Shown here: positions 8,596 to 18,874 of the stretch, in pieces | Position numbering within the stretch: the stretch's first letter is position 1 | How the letters are laid out: every line of letters starts with the position of its first letter | Source of the DNA: Saccharolobus solfataricus | GTDB taxonomy: Archaea > Thermoproteota > Thermoprotei_A > Sulfolobales > Sulfolobaceae | Assembly: GCF_900079115.1 (NCBI RefSeq) | Contig: NZ_LT549890.1 | Coordinates: 750,001 to 782,000 of the forward strand | Length of the DNA: 32,000 nucleotides | Direction of reading: 5' to 3' | The notes under the pieces: generated by a model | Seen by the model: only the letters and a program-made list of their open reading frames with translations | Told to the model about the DNA's origin: nothing | Databases searched by the model: none | Made by a program: the position numbers and the translations under genes

Positions 8596-9364
8596 GGATA
8601 ACTTCAAAATATATTTGTCCTTGAGTAGGTTTAAATCTAGACGGCGGAATAGGTCCTTCTGAAGTATAATAGAAAAAACCCGATTTTAAGATCTCATAAA
8701 ATCCGTCTCGATCCATTTTCAAAAAGTCTTGTAATATATCAATTACGTGTATGGTGTTCTTCAATTCCTTCATACTTAACATGTACCCACAGACCCTACA
8801 AGATAAATCTGGCATTACTGAATCGAATTCACATTTAGGACATTTAATAGGAGATCTTAAGATACTTGCGAACATTGACCAAGTTACTCGTAATAGATCT
8901 ATTAAGTCTTTCCTATTTCTCTTTAAACACTCCTTATACAACTTATCCATTATTGGAATCAGGCCACCTTTACCATAAGTCACTATAAACTCTAGCTGAT
9001 CTTCACTAAGTTTCTCCACATCATATAAACGTAGTAGTTTATAAGAAATAATTTCCATTAACCTATCTCCCATAGCCTTGAGTCTATTAATTATTGTAGA
9101 TACTTTAGGCTTCGTTTTTACCTCTCCTACCGCGCTGGCAAAGGGCTCCCTTAATACCTCCTTTAAATCATCTACTGAAAGATTTAAATATGAAATCCCC
9201 AATGCGTTGACTATCTCATTTAAATATTCATCCAAAACCTTATCTGGATCTATATACTTCTCTGCTTTTTTACTACTGGAAGATTTTTTCTTTCTAATCT
9301 CCTCTTTACTAGTATTCTTTTCACTATCAGCCTTTCCTTCCTCATTTTTCTTACGTCTTGGCAC
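8534..9364 (-). CDS. Uncharacterised protein, 276 aa: Lys/Ser-rich N-terminal tail, helical core, one CPKC-x12-CRVC zinc ribbon
   Basis: Long ORF with protein-like composition. The opposite-strand ORFs here are low-complexity shadows. Confidence 0.7.
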   Translation of the reverse strand: MPRRKKNEEGKADSEKNTSKEEIRKKKSSSSKKAEKYIDPDKVLDEYLNEIVNALGISYLNLSVDDLKEVLREPFASAVGEVKTKPKVSTIINRLKAMGDRLMEIISYKLLRLYDVEKLSEDQLEFIVTYGKGGLIPIMDKLYKECLKRNRKDLIDLLRVTWSMFASILRSPIKCPKCEFDSVMPDLSCRVCGYMLSMKELKNTIHVIDILQDFLKMDRDGFYEILKSGFFYYTSEGPIPPSRFKPTQGQIYFEVILNKEEKSKLESISHSILPGS

Positions 9365-9401
9365 TCCACTTATAATTTAGAAAGCCATTTTATATAAAAC
9401 T

Positions 9402-9728
9402 TTAAGTCATTAACGCTAAATCTTGAAAATCCATTGGTAGCATCTTCTTCTTATTAACAATTTCTTGATATTTATTATCTAAGAATGAAATAAATATTGG
9501 ACAAGTCTCGTATTTACCATCACGCTGACATTTATCACCCAATGTGAGAAAGCACTTAGTGTTCTTCTTATCGTAATAAGGACATAACTTATAGTAAGTT
9601 TTAGCGCTTTTTATCATACGTTCTATCCATTGTTTCTTATGGTCCTTTTTTTCTGCCTCCTTTTCGGCCTTTGCTAATGCCTTATTTATCTCGTCTTCAG
9701 ACATTTTCACTGATTTATTAGTTGACAT
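9402..9728 (-). CDS. Small coiled-coil plus four-Cys (CPYY-type) protein, 108 aa
   Basis: CPYYDKKNTKC...CQRDGKYETCPIF follows a Lys/Glu-rich helix. The module is shared with ORF 4766-5158. Confidence 0.6.
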   Translation of the reverse strand: MSTNKSVKMSEDEINKALAKAEKEAEKKDHKKQWIERMIKSAKTYYKLCPYYDKKNTKCFLTLGDKCQRDGKYETCPIFISFLDNKYQEIVNKKKMLPMDFQDLALMT

Positions 9729-9916
9729 TAAATTCTCCCTCCTACTTGCTATAACTTTCAGAACAAAGATTAAATAGATTACTACTACTACTCATATGTT
9801 TCCGTCTTAGAGCTTTAAAACGAAAGGTTTGTATAATTTTCCCCAATATGCCCATAGAAGTATAACTTAAGCTAACACATAGTAGTAGTAAATAATTATA
9901 AAAGGAGAAGAGAAAG
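9729..9916. other. Candidate replication-origin region (oriC3-like) that also contains the promoter of ORF 9402-9728
   Basis: 188-bp intergenic gap, unusually long for this window. (ACT)4 at 9781-9792 faces (AGT)3 at 9881-9890 across an AT-rich centre. It lies next to the WhiP-like gene. A single GTTTCC (GGAAAC) half-site sits at 9798-9803. Confidence 0.4.
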
Positions 9917-10657
9917 TTAACAAGAAGATATCGTTTCTTTTATACTCTTTGATAGGCCTATTCTAACACCCATTCTAGGATCTTGATAGATGTAAAGGAG
10001 CCTTTTAATCTGCAAGTTCTTGAGTACTCTAAATAACCAACTAGTATCAGCTTTCATTTCCTCTTGGAGTTGGTCAAGGTAGATATAAGTAGTACCCCAT
10101 TCCCTATACTTGTTTAATAAGTGACTTAGTATTTCTTTTTCATCATCATCCAACTTATTCAAAATCTCCTTTATACAATCCGTTGGATTAGACTTTTGTT
10201 GTTTTTTGTTTTCCTTACTGGTTTTTCCTTCAATAAACCACAAAACTTCTTGTGCTTTTTTGTCATCTTTTTTCTCAACTTTGTTGTTTTTTGTCTGACG
10301 AACCTTTTCACTCTCTAGCACTTGCTTAGCAAGTAATAAATATTCTTTGAACTTAGAATTATTTTGGGATTCAATAATATCTCTAGCTATATTCTCTCCT
10401 TTTCCGCTTAAGTGCCATCTTCCTCCTTCTTGATAAACTAATCCCTTCTTCTTCCAATAACTGAGATAGCTACTTATGTATTTAGTTTCATAACCTAAAT
10501 TAGCTGCTATTTCTGCTGTTCTTAGTGGTCTAGCGTAGAGAAGAAGTAGTATTGCCTCAACCAATTTGGATCTGGGAGACTCCTTTCCTGGTTTCTCTTC
10601 CTCACTTATCTGCTGCGCTATAGCCTCTATATCATCTTTTCGATAGTCCTCACTCAT
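9917..10657 (-). CDS. whiP: Winged-helix initiator protein WhiP-like (Cdt1-related), 246 aa
   Basis: There are two winged-helix-like regions: [30 protein letters not shown] near the N-terminus and [20 protein letters not shown] near the C-terminus. A Lys/Glu-rich linker joins them. Its position four genes from thsA matches my memory of the S. solfataricus WhiP locus. Confidence 0.6.
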   Translation of the reverse strand: MSEDYRKDDIEAIAQQISEEEKPGKESPRSKLVEAILLLLYARPLRTAEIAANLGYETKYISSYLSYWKKKGLVYQEGGRWHLSGKGENIARDIIESQNNSKFKEYLLLAKQVLESEKVRQTKNNKVEKKDDKKAQEVLWFIEGKTSKENKKQQKSNPTDCIKEILNKLDDDEKEILSHLLNKYREWGTTYIYLDQLQEEMKADTSWLFRVLKNLQIKRLLYIYQDPRMGVRIGLSKSIKETISSC

Positions 10658-10741
10658 CTTATTATATTAGGCATTTCAACTTAAAATACAAGCTAAAATC
10701 CCGATTGGAATTATTCAGATAATTTTCTATTTCAGTACTAC

Positions 10742-11812
10742 TCATTGGCAAGTCTTAATAGCATAAAATTTGTTGTAGCCCACTATAACGTTATACACGC
10801 CAGAAAAGAGCTTATCTAAATTCTCATCTCCAGTGTCGATTCTAAGACAATTAATAGTATAAAGCTTAGAAAAAGTAGAGACTACGATAAGATCATCTTT
10901 TTTCACTTTTCTTAAGAATATTGGCCCTAATTCCAGATTTCCTCTTCCTATCAGAAATCCTTGTTTGCCAATTGGGGTAAGCACAATCTTTAACTCCCCG
11001 GTTAAATTAATTAAATCGAAATAGTTAACATTTTCCTTAATTAATTTCTTTCCTCTAATTATATCGATACCTAAAAATGGAGTATCGATCTTTAGTTTCC
11101 TTTCTATATATTTTACAGTACTTCCAGGGCCCATAATATAGGTTATATTATCATCCATGTTATCTATTATATAGTCTGCGATTTCCCCTAATTCGTCCTC
11201 ACTATATTGCATTTCCCCTTTGCTTGGAGTTAGTAAATTATTACTGCTTATTGTGAGGACTATATGGTATAATTTGACAAAATATGTTCCTTTTCTATAT
11301 GCCTCTTCATCAATATCTAGAATTTCCTCCTTCACAGTTTTTGCCTCATCATGTAAAAATTTTGTTAATAATATCGCTGCAGCCTCTGGGGTATTAGCAA
11401 AAACTCCACTATGCATTTTTACACCAGCTGGAACTCCTAAAATTGGTATTTCTGCGCCTTGCAGTCCCTCAGCCACATCCCTAGCAGTTCCATCACCGCC
11501 AACAAATACAATAATATCTACTCCTCTTTTAACAAACTCTCTTACAGAGTCAATTGTATCATATCTTGTAGTTTTTTTCTTTTCACCTATAGGTATAGTC
11601 TCATATTTCAGTTTTGATTTTGTAAAATGTATTTCTCCCATCTTTAGTCTTGGTGTTAGATAGATAGCATCTTCTGGGGCTTTACTCAAAAATCTGGTAA
11701 CTCTCATCGGTATTTCTGGATTCTCTATATTTAACTCATCACTTCCTTTTTTCCCTATTCTTCCACCTGAGCCAGCATATGGATTCACAAGAAACCCAAT
11801 CTTTTTTAACAT
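10742..11812 (-). CDS. ATP-NAD kinase-like / diacylglycerol-kinase-fold protein, 356 aa
   Basis: IGFLVNPYAGSGG N-terminal motif and the VFVGGDGTARDV (GGDGT) motif of the NAD kinase superfamily. Confidence 0.75.
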   Translation of the reverse strand: MLKKIGFLVNPYAGSGGRIGKKGSDELNIENPEIPMRVTRFLSKAPEDAIYLTPRLKMGEIHFTKSKLKYETIPIGEKKKTTRYDTIDSVREFVKRGVDIIVFVGGDGTARDVAEGLQGAEIPILGVPAGVKMHSGVFANTPEAAAILLTKFLHDEAKTVKEEILDIDEEAYRKGTYFVKLYHIVLTISSNNLLTPSKGEMQYSEDELGEIADYIIDNMDDNITYIMGPGSTVKYIERKLKIDTPFLGIDIIRGKKLIKENVNYFDLINLTGELKIVLTPIGKQGFLIGRGNLELGPIFLRKVKKDDLIVVSTFSKLYTINCLRIDTGDENLDKLFSGVYNVIVGYNKFYAIKTCQ

Positions 11813-12426
11813 TTCTTTAGCACCTTGAGTATGAAGGTTAAGGTTAGATATCCTAAGTGTTCTTCGTTAGGAACTAGAAATATAATAAGATCGTTAGGTC
11901 CACAATTATTACAATTTTCCTTTATCTCGTCTAATAGACCTCTGAGTGACATTTCCTCCGTCTTAGGCGGAATTTCTATTTTTCCTTCTTCTGTATAAAC
12001 ACACACTAATATTTTTTCCGCACCTAATCTTATTATTTCATCCCTTAAATGTAAAACTGAGATCTCTTTTAATAGTTCCGCACCTCCCCTTACGATAAGC
12101 ATTGATGAGTTCCAACCTAAAGATTTTAAAGTAACGTCTTTTATTGTTGATATATTTTTAATGCATGAAACTATTTTATTTCCTTGCTCTGTGAGAGTGT
12201 TTCCTCCTACTAGATCAGTTTGAATTAAATTTAACTCCCTTAATCGTTTTAGTAATGTTTTTATTGAAGCTTCTGACAGTCCAGTTTTTTTCATTAACAA
12301 TATCCTTCCTACTGGTTGTAATTGACTTATGTAAAATAGACTCATTATAACATGCCCTTCATCGAATTTAGGCTTATTGCCTTGTCTGGTCTCTACAGCT
12401 TTGGTAAGCACAATCTGGATATCCAT
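11806..12426 (-). CDS. Predicted winged-helix DNA-binding protein with a C-terminal domain of unknown function, 206 aa
   Basis: GRILLMKKTGLSEASIKTLLKRLRELNLI has an HTH-like pattern. A 7-nt overlap with the downstream NAD-kinase-like gene suggests an operon. Confidence 0.6.
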   Translation of the reverse strand: MDIQIVLTKAVETRQGNKPKFDEGHVIMSLFYISQLQPVGRILLMKKTGLSEASIKTLLKRLRELNLIQTDLVGGNTLTEQGNKIVSCIKNISTIKDVTLKSLGWNSSMLIVRGGAELLKEISVLHLRDEIIRLGAEKILVCVYTEEGKIEIPPKTEEMSLRGLLDEIKENCNNCGPNDLIIFLVPNEEHLGYLTLTFILKVLKKC

Positions 12427-12457
12427 ATTTAAATATGTGATTAGATAGATTAAAATT

Positions 12458-13381
12458 ATGTTTAGAGGAAAAAGTTTGTTATGTCTGCTTGATTTTCAAA
12501 CACATGAAATAGAGAAAATGCTAGAAGTCTCATTCTTGATGAAAAGTTATGTTTATTATAATAAAGTTCCAAATTCATTAAGCGGTAAGAGGGTCGCATT
12601 ACTTTTCGAGAAACCGAGTACTAGGACTAGGGTTAGTACTGAATTAGCAGTATCGTTATTAGGTGGAATTCCTATTGTCCTTAATAAGCAAGATTTGCAA
12701 TGGTCTAGGGGAGAGCTTATCGAAGATACTGGAAGGGTTTTAGGCAGAGTCGTTAATGGAATAGGGGCCAGAGTACTAAATCACTTAACCCTAGTTAAAC
12801 TAAAGGAATCATCCGGAGTTCCAGTATTTAATTTATTAAGCGATCTTTCTCATCCCTTGCAAGCACTAGCTGACTTAATGACAATTAGGGAAAGGTTTGG
12901 TAATAATCTTGTGAAGATCGCATTTGTTGGCGATGGGAGTGATAATGTATTATTAAGCTTAATGGCTATTGTGGCTAAATTAGGATTAGAGTTACATGTA
13001 GCAACTCCTAAAGAACTTAAGCCTAGGGACGATTTGTATAAGATAATAAGTGAGATTGCAGAAGATACTGGCAGTGTTATAGAATTTCATGAGGATCCCT
13101 ATGAGGCTGTTAGGGGTGTACATGTAGTCTATACTGACGTTTGGGTTAGCATGGGTCAAGAGAATATTGCTGAACAGAAGAAGAGAATGTTACAAAACTA
13201 TAGGGTTACCGCAGATCTAATGAAGTATGCGGTTAAAGATGCGATATTTATGCACTGTTTGCCTGCAAATAGGGGAGAGGAAGTAGACCCTGAGGTAATA
13301 GATGGATCTAAAAGTGCGGTCTGGGATCAAGCTGAAAATAGATTGTATACAACAATGGCAGTATTTTCATTATTTATTTGA
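12458..13381 (+). CDS. argF: Ornithine carbamoyltransferase, 307 aa
   Basis: STRTR carbamoyl-phosphate motif, [15 protein letters not shown] and HCLP motifs. The last two distinguish OTCase from ATCase. Confidence 0.9.
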
Positions 13382-14600
13382 AGAAATCATAAATTGATTT
13401 TTGATTGATTAGACTATTTATCGTTCGTAGTTCAAATAAGTTTATTTTGGCTTTTAATTTTTTATTTACTTCTGATATGGCTAAATTTAGATTATCATAT
13501 TTTCCTAATCTGTTTTTCATAGCATTCCTCACAGTTTCTCTAATGTGCCAATTTCCAACTGGTGCAAAATATTCTTCGGTTATCTCCCTAATGATTATAA
13601 TCCCTGATTGTCTTTTTATTTGCTCTAAATGTTCTAGCACTGCTAATCTAGCAGCCATGTAACCTCCATCTAAATATTCATACTCTCCCCAGAAGTTCTC
13701 TTTCAATTCCGAAATCGTGAGTTCTTGAGACCATAAACTAAGCGGATGCCATATTTCTATCCATGTTGAATTAAACTTCGATGGGTAAAGTATAACATAA
13801 AAGTAGTTGCCTAAATACGAGCTGTGGTAAACTTCTATCTCATTTATCTCATTATAGTTTATTATTTTATTATATAGAAATTTGCCAACTATACTGTCAA
13901 CTGCAGTTATTGCCCATCTAGTTGGTACAAATCGTCTATTCTTTTTCCTGCCTAAAAGTCCAAACGATAATGCGTGAATTATCTTATAATAATCCACATT
14001 ATATCTATATAGTTCTAAGATTGCTTCAGTAGATTTTGCATCATCAAAGATCAGTTTATCTAATTTAGTTGGGACTTTAGGATTATCCAAAACTTTTATC
14101 TGCTCTGCGATTCCACTTGGTCCTCTTGGTAAAATTACTCCATCAAACTTTAATTTTGCCTCTAATGTTTTCAATTTGGCTTCAGTTACTATTGGATTAT
14201 CTGAAATTATAGCTAGTGGAATTTCCGTATCATAATATTCAGTAGCTTTTTCGACTTTAACTGTAGTTATACTCGAGATTAAAGAGGATCTTAACTTTAT
14301 TATATCCCCTAAATTTATCCTTCCCCACCACTCCTTAACGTTCTCATATTTTCTGGCATCTTCCCCATATACTGAGGGCGGAATATTTACAATTAGTGAA
14401 ACTTTAGGATACCCTTTCTCTCCAACTATTCCACTAGGAGGAGTAGAGCCTTCAACCAGTTTAAATGAGGTATCTATTTCAATCTTCTGAAGACTACTAA
14501 CCATACCTCTAAATCTCTCCATTATTGGGCAATACGGTAATCCACAAAGATTCTTGTGGCTCTTACACTTGATGCATAGTTCTGCTGGAATTTTGTGCAT
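13374..14600 (-). CDS. nreA: Nre-family (NreA-like) DNA repair protein with a C-terminal PCNA-interacting (PIP) motif, 408 aa
   Basis: N-terminal Cys cluster [18 protein letters not shown]. Length and layout fit archaeal Nre proteins as I recall them. The C-terminus QKSIYDFFK fits Qxx[ILM]xx[FY][FY]. Confidence 0.65.
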
Positions 14601-15222
14601 TTCTTATTTTCCTCTCAATATACCATTGTAAAATGGAAAATTTAGCTCTAAATGATAATCCGTTGATTATATTTCTTATTTTCCCTCTCCTTAAATTATC
14701 TAGAATATCGTCCAAATTAAACTCTATTATCTCGTATAAATCATTATATGCGGAACCTATAGCTTGAATTACATGAGCATCACTATTTGAGACCCCCGGT
14801 AAATTCAACCTTATGGATGCCTCTTTAGCCTTATTATTAGCCATTTTAGGAGCCTTAGAGTTATAAATTTCAATTAAATCGAATTTATAACGAAATGTCT
14901 TATCACCTATTCCTTTTCTAAAAATATCGAAAGGATGTGAGGGAAATACCACACAAGAGTTCTCCTTAGCGTAGTCTACTAATTCAGCTATTCTGTTAGG
15001 TGGAGATGGTGGAAAATTGCATAATATCACAACATGTCCATATTCAGTAGTGACTTCTTGTCCAGGGATCACTTTCTCTTCTTTAACCGTATTTAAACCT
15101 AAAGAAGTATCGTGATCTGTAATTGCTACGTGTATATGTTTAGCCTTGGCATAGGCTATAATATCCTTAGGAAGATACTTTCCATCACTGTATCTAGAAT
15201 GTACATGAAGATCAAAAAACAT
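14563..15222 (-). CDS. PHP-domain metal-dependent phosphoesterase, 219 aa
   Basis: [13 protein letters not shown] and ITDHD motifs typical of PHP family hydrolases. Confidence 0.85.
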   Translation of the reverse strand: MFFDLHVHSRYSDGKYLPKDIIAYAKAKHIHVAITDHDTSLGLNTVKEEKVIPGQEVTTEYGHVVILCNFPPSPPNRIAELVDYAKENSCVVFPSHPFDIFRKGIGDKTFRYKFDLIEIYNSKAPKMANNKAKEASIRLNLPGVSNSDAHVIQAIGSAYNDLYEIIEFNLDDILDNLRRGKIRNIINGLSFRAKFSILQWYIERKIRNAQNSSRTMHQV

Positions 15223-16274
15223 TAGAAATAACCTAATTCTTTCATGACCTCTAGGGTTAAAATCGTTATTCCAGCAGCTCCTCTTACTAGATTGTCACCA
15301 AGGACAACTAATCGTAACACATTTCCTTCAAATTTTACTCTGCCCACTGTTACTGCCATTCCATCATAATATTGTAAGTCTCTAGCTGGTTGGGGTCTAT
15401 CCTCATCCTTAAATACAATAATTGGTTTATTTGGTGCAGTAGGTAAGTTCTTATGCTGAGGTAATGACGCAAAACTATCTAACGCTTTTTGAACTTCTTT
15501 TTCATCTACATTATCATCAGTTACAATATTAATTACACCCATATGCCCAACTTTTACAGGAACTCTGGTAGTGGTTGGATGAATTTCTAAGCTGGAAGAT
15601 TTTAGCTTTCCGGCTTCGAATTTTCCTAACATTTTATTTATTTCCTTAGGAATTTTCTCTTCTTCCCCTTTAATCCAAGGTACTACATTCCCATCTATTG
15701 CCATAAACGGTAAACCACTATAACCAGCTCCGCTTACTGCTTGTAAAGTTACTATATACGTAGCATTAATTTTGATTAATCTTTCTAAGGGTTTAATTGG
15801 CATGGAAAGTATTGCCGCAGTACAGTTAGGATTTTTGACTAATAGACCGTTCCAGTTTTTACTGCTTTTTTGATATTTTAATAACTCTAAATGCTCCCAA
15901 TTTACTTCTGGATTGATTAGTGGTACATCTGGATCCATTCTAAATGGTGAGGCATTAGATACAACTATTTTTCCCTGTTTTACTAACTTTAATTCAACAT
16001 CTTCTGCTAATTCATTAGGTAGTGCTGAAAGGACAACATCGACATCCTTATGATCTTCGTACTCGGTGGAGACTATTGGTAATTCAGCCACATTTTCAGG
16101 AATATCCCCAGGTTCTATCCATTTTACGGCGTCTTTGTATTTTTTACCAATCTTTTGAGGTGACGCACTTACTTTCACTAATTCTATATAGGGATGTTTT
16201 GAAAGCATCCTTACCATTTTTTGCCCTACCATTCCGGTAGAGCCTAGTAACGAAACTTTTATCTTATCAGCCAC
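15222..16274 (-). CDS. asd: Aspartate-semialdehyde dehydrogenase, 350 aa
   Basis: N-terminal Rossmann motif [10 protein letters not shown]. Active-site NPNCTA. Sits in an operon with aspartate kinase and threonine synthase. Confidence 0.85.
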   Translation of the reverse strand: MADKIKVSLLGSTGMVGQKMVRMLSKHPYIELVKVSASPQKIGKKYKDAVKWIEPGDIPENVAELPIVSTEYEDHKDVDVVLSALPNELAEDVELKLVKQGKIVVSNASPFRMDPDVPLINPEVNWEHLELLKYQKSSKNWNGLLVKNPNCTAAILSMPIKPLERLIKINATYIVTLQAVSGAGYSGLPFMAIDGNVVPWIKGEEEKIPKEINKMLGKFEAGKLKSSSLEIHPTTTRVPVKVGHMGVINIVTDDNVDEKEVQKALDSFASLPQHKNLPTAPNKPIIVFKDEDRPQPARDLQYYDGMAVTVGRVKFEGNVLRLVVLGDNLVRGAAGITILTLEVMKELGYF

Positions 16275-17607
16275 TTACGATCACCTTATGCAACTCTTTT
16301 GCTAATTTTTCTCCTTCATCCTTATTAACTATAAAGGTCATGCTTACGTTAGATATTCCCCTAGAAATCGCTAACGGATCATAACTTGAGGCTATTGAAA
16401 GAACCTTGGTAGAGATCTCCTTCTTCTTTATTCCGCACCCTACTATACCTACGATATTAATATCATTAACCTCAATATCTTTAACTAAAGTCCCCCTTAT
16501 CTCTTCCAATTTCGATAACAGTCTGTTCGCAGAAAGTGAGTCAACAACGAGTTGTATTGTAGTCTCGCTAGCTGGTTGAGAAATTGATATTATGTTAACT
16601 CCAGCTTCCTTTGCTTCATTTGTTATTCTTGCAGCAGATCCTATTTTTCCAACAATTTTCGTACTCTCAACTGTTATTAATTTCGCATTATCTAGGAGTG
16701 AAATCCCTTTAAGCCCATCATTATTTTGGCATTCTCCATTAATTATGGTAAATCCGTCTTCATACAGCGACTCAACTATTACCTTCATATCACTTCCAAA
16801 GACTGGATCAAAAGTTCTAGGATGCAGCCTTTTAGCTCCTAACTGTGAGAGTTCAATAGCCTCTTCCAACGAGAGTCTAGATATCGTTTTAGCATTTTCG
16901 AATTTTTTAGGATCTCCAGTCATTATCCCGGGGACTTCGGTAACTAGTCTAACTTCTCTCACTCCAACTAGTTTACCTAGCAAAGTTGCTGTATAGTCAC
17001 TACCACCCCTTCCCAAAGTAGTATATCTTCCCTCTCTAGTTCTCCCTATAAATCCTGGAAGGACTATTACATTAGCTTTCGCATTCTCTAATATGTTGGC
17101 GATTTCATTTTTAGATAGATCCTCAATTACGTTAGCCTCACCGTAATTCTCATCAGTTAAAAATGGAGGAGTAATTATGCCTTCAGCTTCAATCCCGTTA
17201 CTTCTTAATATTGCTGAAAGGAGTAGGGTAGCCATTCTCTCTCCAAATGAAAGTATGTAGTCTCTAACTCTAGGGGTCACTTCGTCTAATACCCTTATAG
17301 ACCAAGCTACTCTGAACAATTCATCGCTAAGCCTAGATATATCTTTAAACGAATTCTCGAATTCCTTACCGTCTGCTAACTTAGATAATAGTTTTATGTG
17401 TCTCTCGTAGATTTCAGTCACAATATTTGGAGAATTATCAGTATTCGAAGTTGCGCTTATTAACTCATTAGTAACGTTTTTAATGGCTGATGTTACTACT
17501 ATAATCTTATCTGATTTCTTTGAAAAATCTTGTATCTTCTTTACGATAAGTTCATAATCTTTTTCATCTTTTTGTATAGATCCGCCTATTTTAACTATTA
17601 GAGCCAT
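16267..17607 (-). CDS. lysC: Aspartate kinase, 446 aa
   Basis: IVKIGGS at the N-terminus, the GRGGSDYTA motif, and C-terminal ACT-like repeats. Confidence 0.9.
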   Translation of the reverse strand: MALIVKIGGSIQKDEKDYELIVKKIQDFSKKSDKIIVVTSAIKNVTNELISATSNTDNSPNIVTEIYERHIKLLSKLADGKEFENSFKDISRLSDELFRVAWSIRVLDEVTPRVRDYILSFGERMATLLLSAILRSNGIEAEGIITPPFLTDENYGEANVIEDLSKNEIANILENAKANVIVLPGFIGRTREGRYTTLGRGGSDYTATLLGKLVGVREVRLVTEVPGIMTGDPKKFENAKTISRLSLEEAIELSQLGAKRLHPRTFDPVFGSDMKVIVESLYEDGFTIINGECQNNDGLKGISLLDNAKLITVESTKIVGKIGSAARITNEAKEAGVNIISISQPASETTIQLVVDSLSANRLLSKLEEIRGTLVKDIEVNDINIVGIVGCGIKKKEISTKVLSIASSYDPLAISRGISNVSMTFIVNKDEGEKLAKELHKVIVSG

Positions 17608-18781
17608 TTATCTCACCTAGGATAATTTTTTCCATATGTAAAGGATTAACTAATATTCTTTTAGCCTCAGCTTTTGTCATACTATCGGGATCCTTTAACG
17701 AATGTCCTGTTAGGATTAAAACTGTTTTTTCATCTTTATCTACCACCTTTTCATTTATTGCCTTAATATAACCAGCTAAGGCAGCTGCTGAAGCAGGCTC
17801 AGCTCCTATGCCCTCTTTTCTAGCTAGGGTCTTCTGTGCGTCTAATATCTCGGAATCAGATACAGCTATTGCGGTTCCATTAGATTCCCTTATTGCTTTC
17901 ATCGCTTTTTGCCAATTAACTGGTTTCCCTATCCTTATTGCTGTTGCTACAGTATCTGGATTTTCTATGAAATCTGGAGAATCTTTTCCTTTTATTATTG
18001 CGGTAACTATTGGTGATGCGCCCTCAGCTTGGATTCCAATCATTCTAGGAATAGTATTAATAACTCCAGTTTTAACTAGCTCATTAAATCCTTTCCATAT
18101 GGCGTAGATATTGCCTGCATTGCCTACCGGGACTATCACGTTGTCAGGAACTCCTAGTTCTTCTGCTATCTCAAATGCGATTGTCTTTTGTCCTTCTAAT
18201 CTCCATGGATTAAAGGAATTTAATGGATATACTACTTTTAAATCCTTATATAATCTCATTACTGCATCCATAGCAACGTCAAAACTTCCATCAACTTCTA
18301 AAATAACTGAGCCATAAAGTATTGATTGAGCTAATTTACCTAATGCTACCTTACCTTTAGGTAAGACGATAAAGCTCTTTATACCAGCTCTTGCAGCATA
18401 AGCAGCTGCAGAAGCTGCAGTATTTCCAGTGGATGCGGCTATTACAGTTTTGTAATTCAAGCTTACCGCAGAACTAACTGCCACTGTCATTCCTCTATCC
18501 TTAAAACTACCAGTTGGATTAAGCCCTTCAAATTTAAAATAAAGATTATCATTTATATTTGAGGATCTAATTAGTGGGGTATTTCCCTCATTTATGCTTA
18601 CAATATTTTTGTATCTGCCTGCTATTAATTCTTTATATCTCCAAACTCCTCTTCCTCTCAATTTACTGAAAGAGAAGTCCTTTGGTGGTTCTAGTATAAT
18701 TTCTAATAGTCCTCCACATCTTGGACATAATATCTGACTTTGATCTATTTCCGTTTCATATCCACAATTCAAGCACTTCAT
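17591..18781 (-). CDS. thrC: Threonine synthase with an N-terminal zinc ribbon, 396 aa
   Basis: CLNC...CPRC zinc ribbon. PLP-lysine motif [10 protein letters not shown]. Fold-type II PLP enzyme pattern. Confidence 0.9.
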   Translation of the reverse strand: MKCLNCGYETEIDQSQILCPRCGGLLEIILEPPKDFSFSKLRGRGVWRYKELIAGRYKNIVSINEGNTPLIRSSNINDNLYFKFEGLNPTGSFKDRGMTVAVSSAVSLNYKTVIAASTGNTAASAAAYAARAGIKSFIVLPKGKVALGKLAQSILYGSVILEVDGSFDVAMDAVMRLYKDLKVVYPLNSFNPWRLEGQKTIAFEIAEELGVPDNVIVPVGNAGNIYAIWKGFNELVKTGVINTIPRMIGIQAEGASPIVTAIIKGKDSPDFIENPDTVATAIRIGKPVNWQKAMKAIRESNGTAIAVSDSEILDAQKTLARKEGIGAEPASAAALAGYIKAINEKVVDKDEKTVLILTGHSLKDPDSMTKAEAKRILVNPLHMEKIILGEINGSNS

Positions 18782-18874
18782 TATTCCGCTTAGGCTGTTT
18801 CCAACAACATTTCACCAGCTGTTTAAAGTGGTTTGTTCTGCAAAATATAAGCTTTGTTGAAGTATAGTAATCAT

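Noticed and set aside
5151-9380. Opposite-strand ORFs 5151-5372, 7573-7764, 8751-8978 and 9078-9380
   Set aside because: Same reasoning: they are shadow frames of better-supported ORFs.
9729-9916. Search for canonical Orc1/Cdc6 origin-recognition boxes (ORB or mini-ORB, TCCA...GGAAAC dyad)
   Set aside because: Only one GGAAAC half-site (complement at 9798-9803) is present. That is not enough to claim an ORB element, so the origin call stays tentative.
9786-10745. The 10-nt direct repeat TACTACTCAT on both sides of the WhiP-like gene (9786-9795 and 10736-10745)
   Set aside because: Hundreds of 10-mer coincidences are expected by chance in 32 kb of AT-rich sequence. It is not evidence for element borders.
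15222-16274. Alternative identity of the asd-like gene as malonyl-CoA reductase, an Asd paralog used in the Sulfolobales 3-hydroxypropionate/4-hydroxybutyrate cycle
   Set aside because: The overlapping operon context with aspartate kinase and threonine synthase favours genuine aspartate-semialdehyde dehydrogenase. A phylogeny would settle it.
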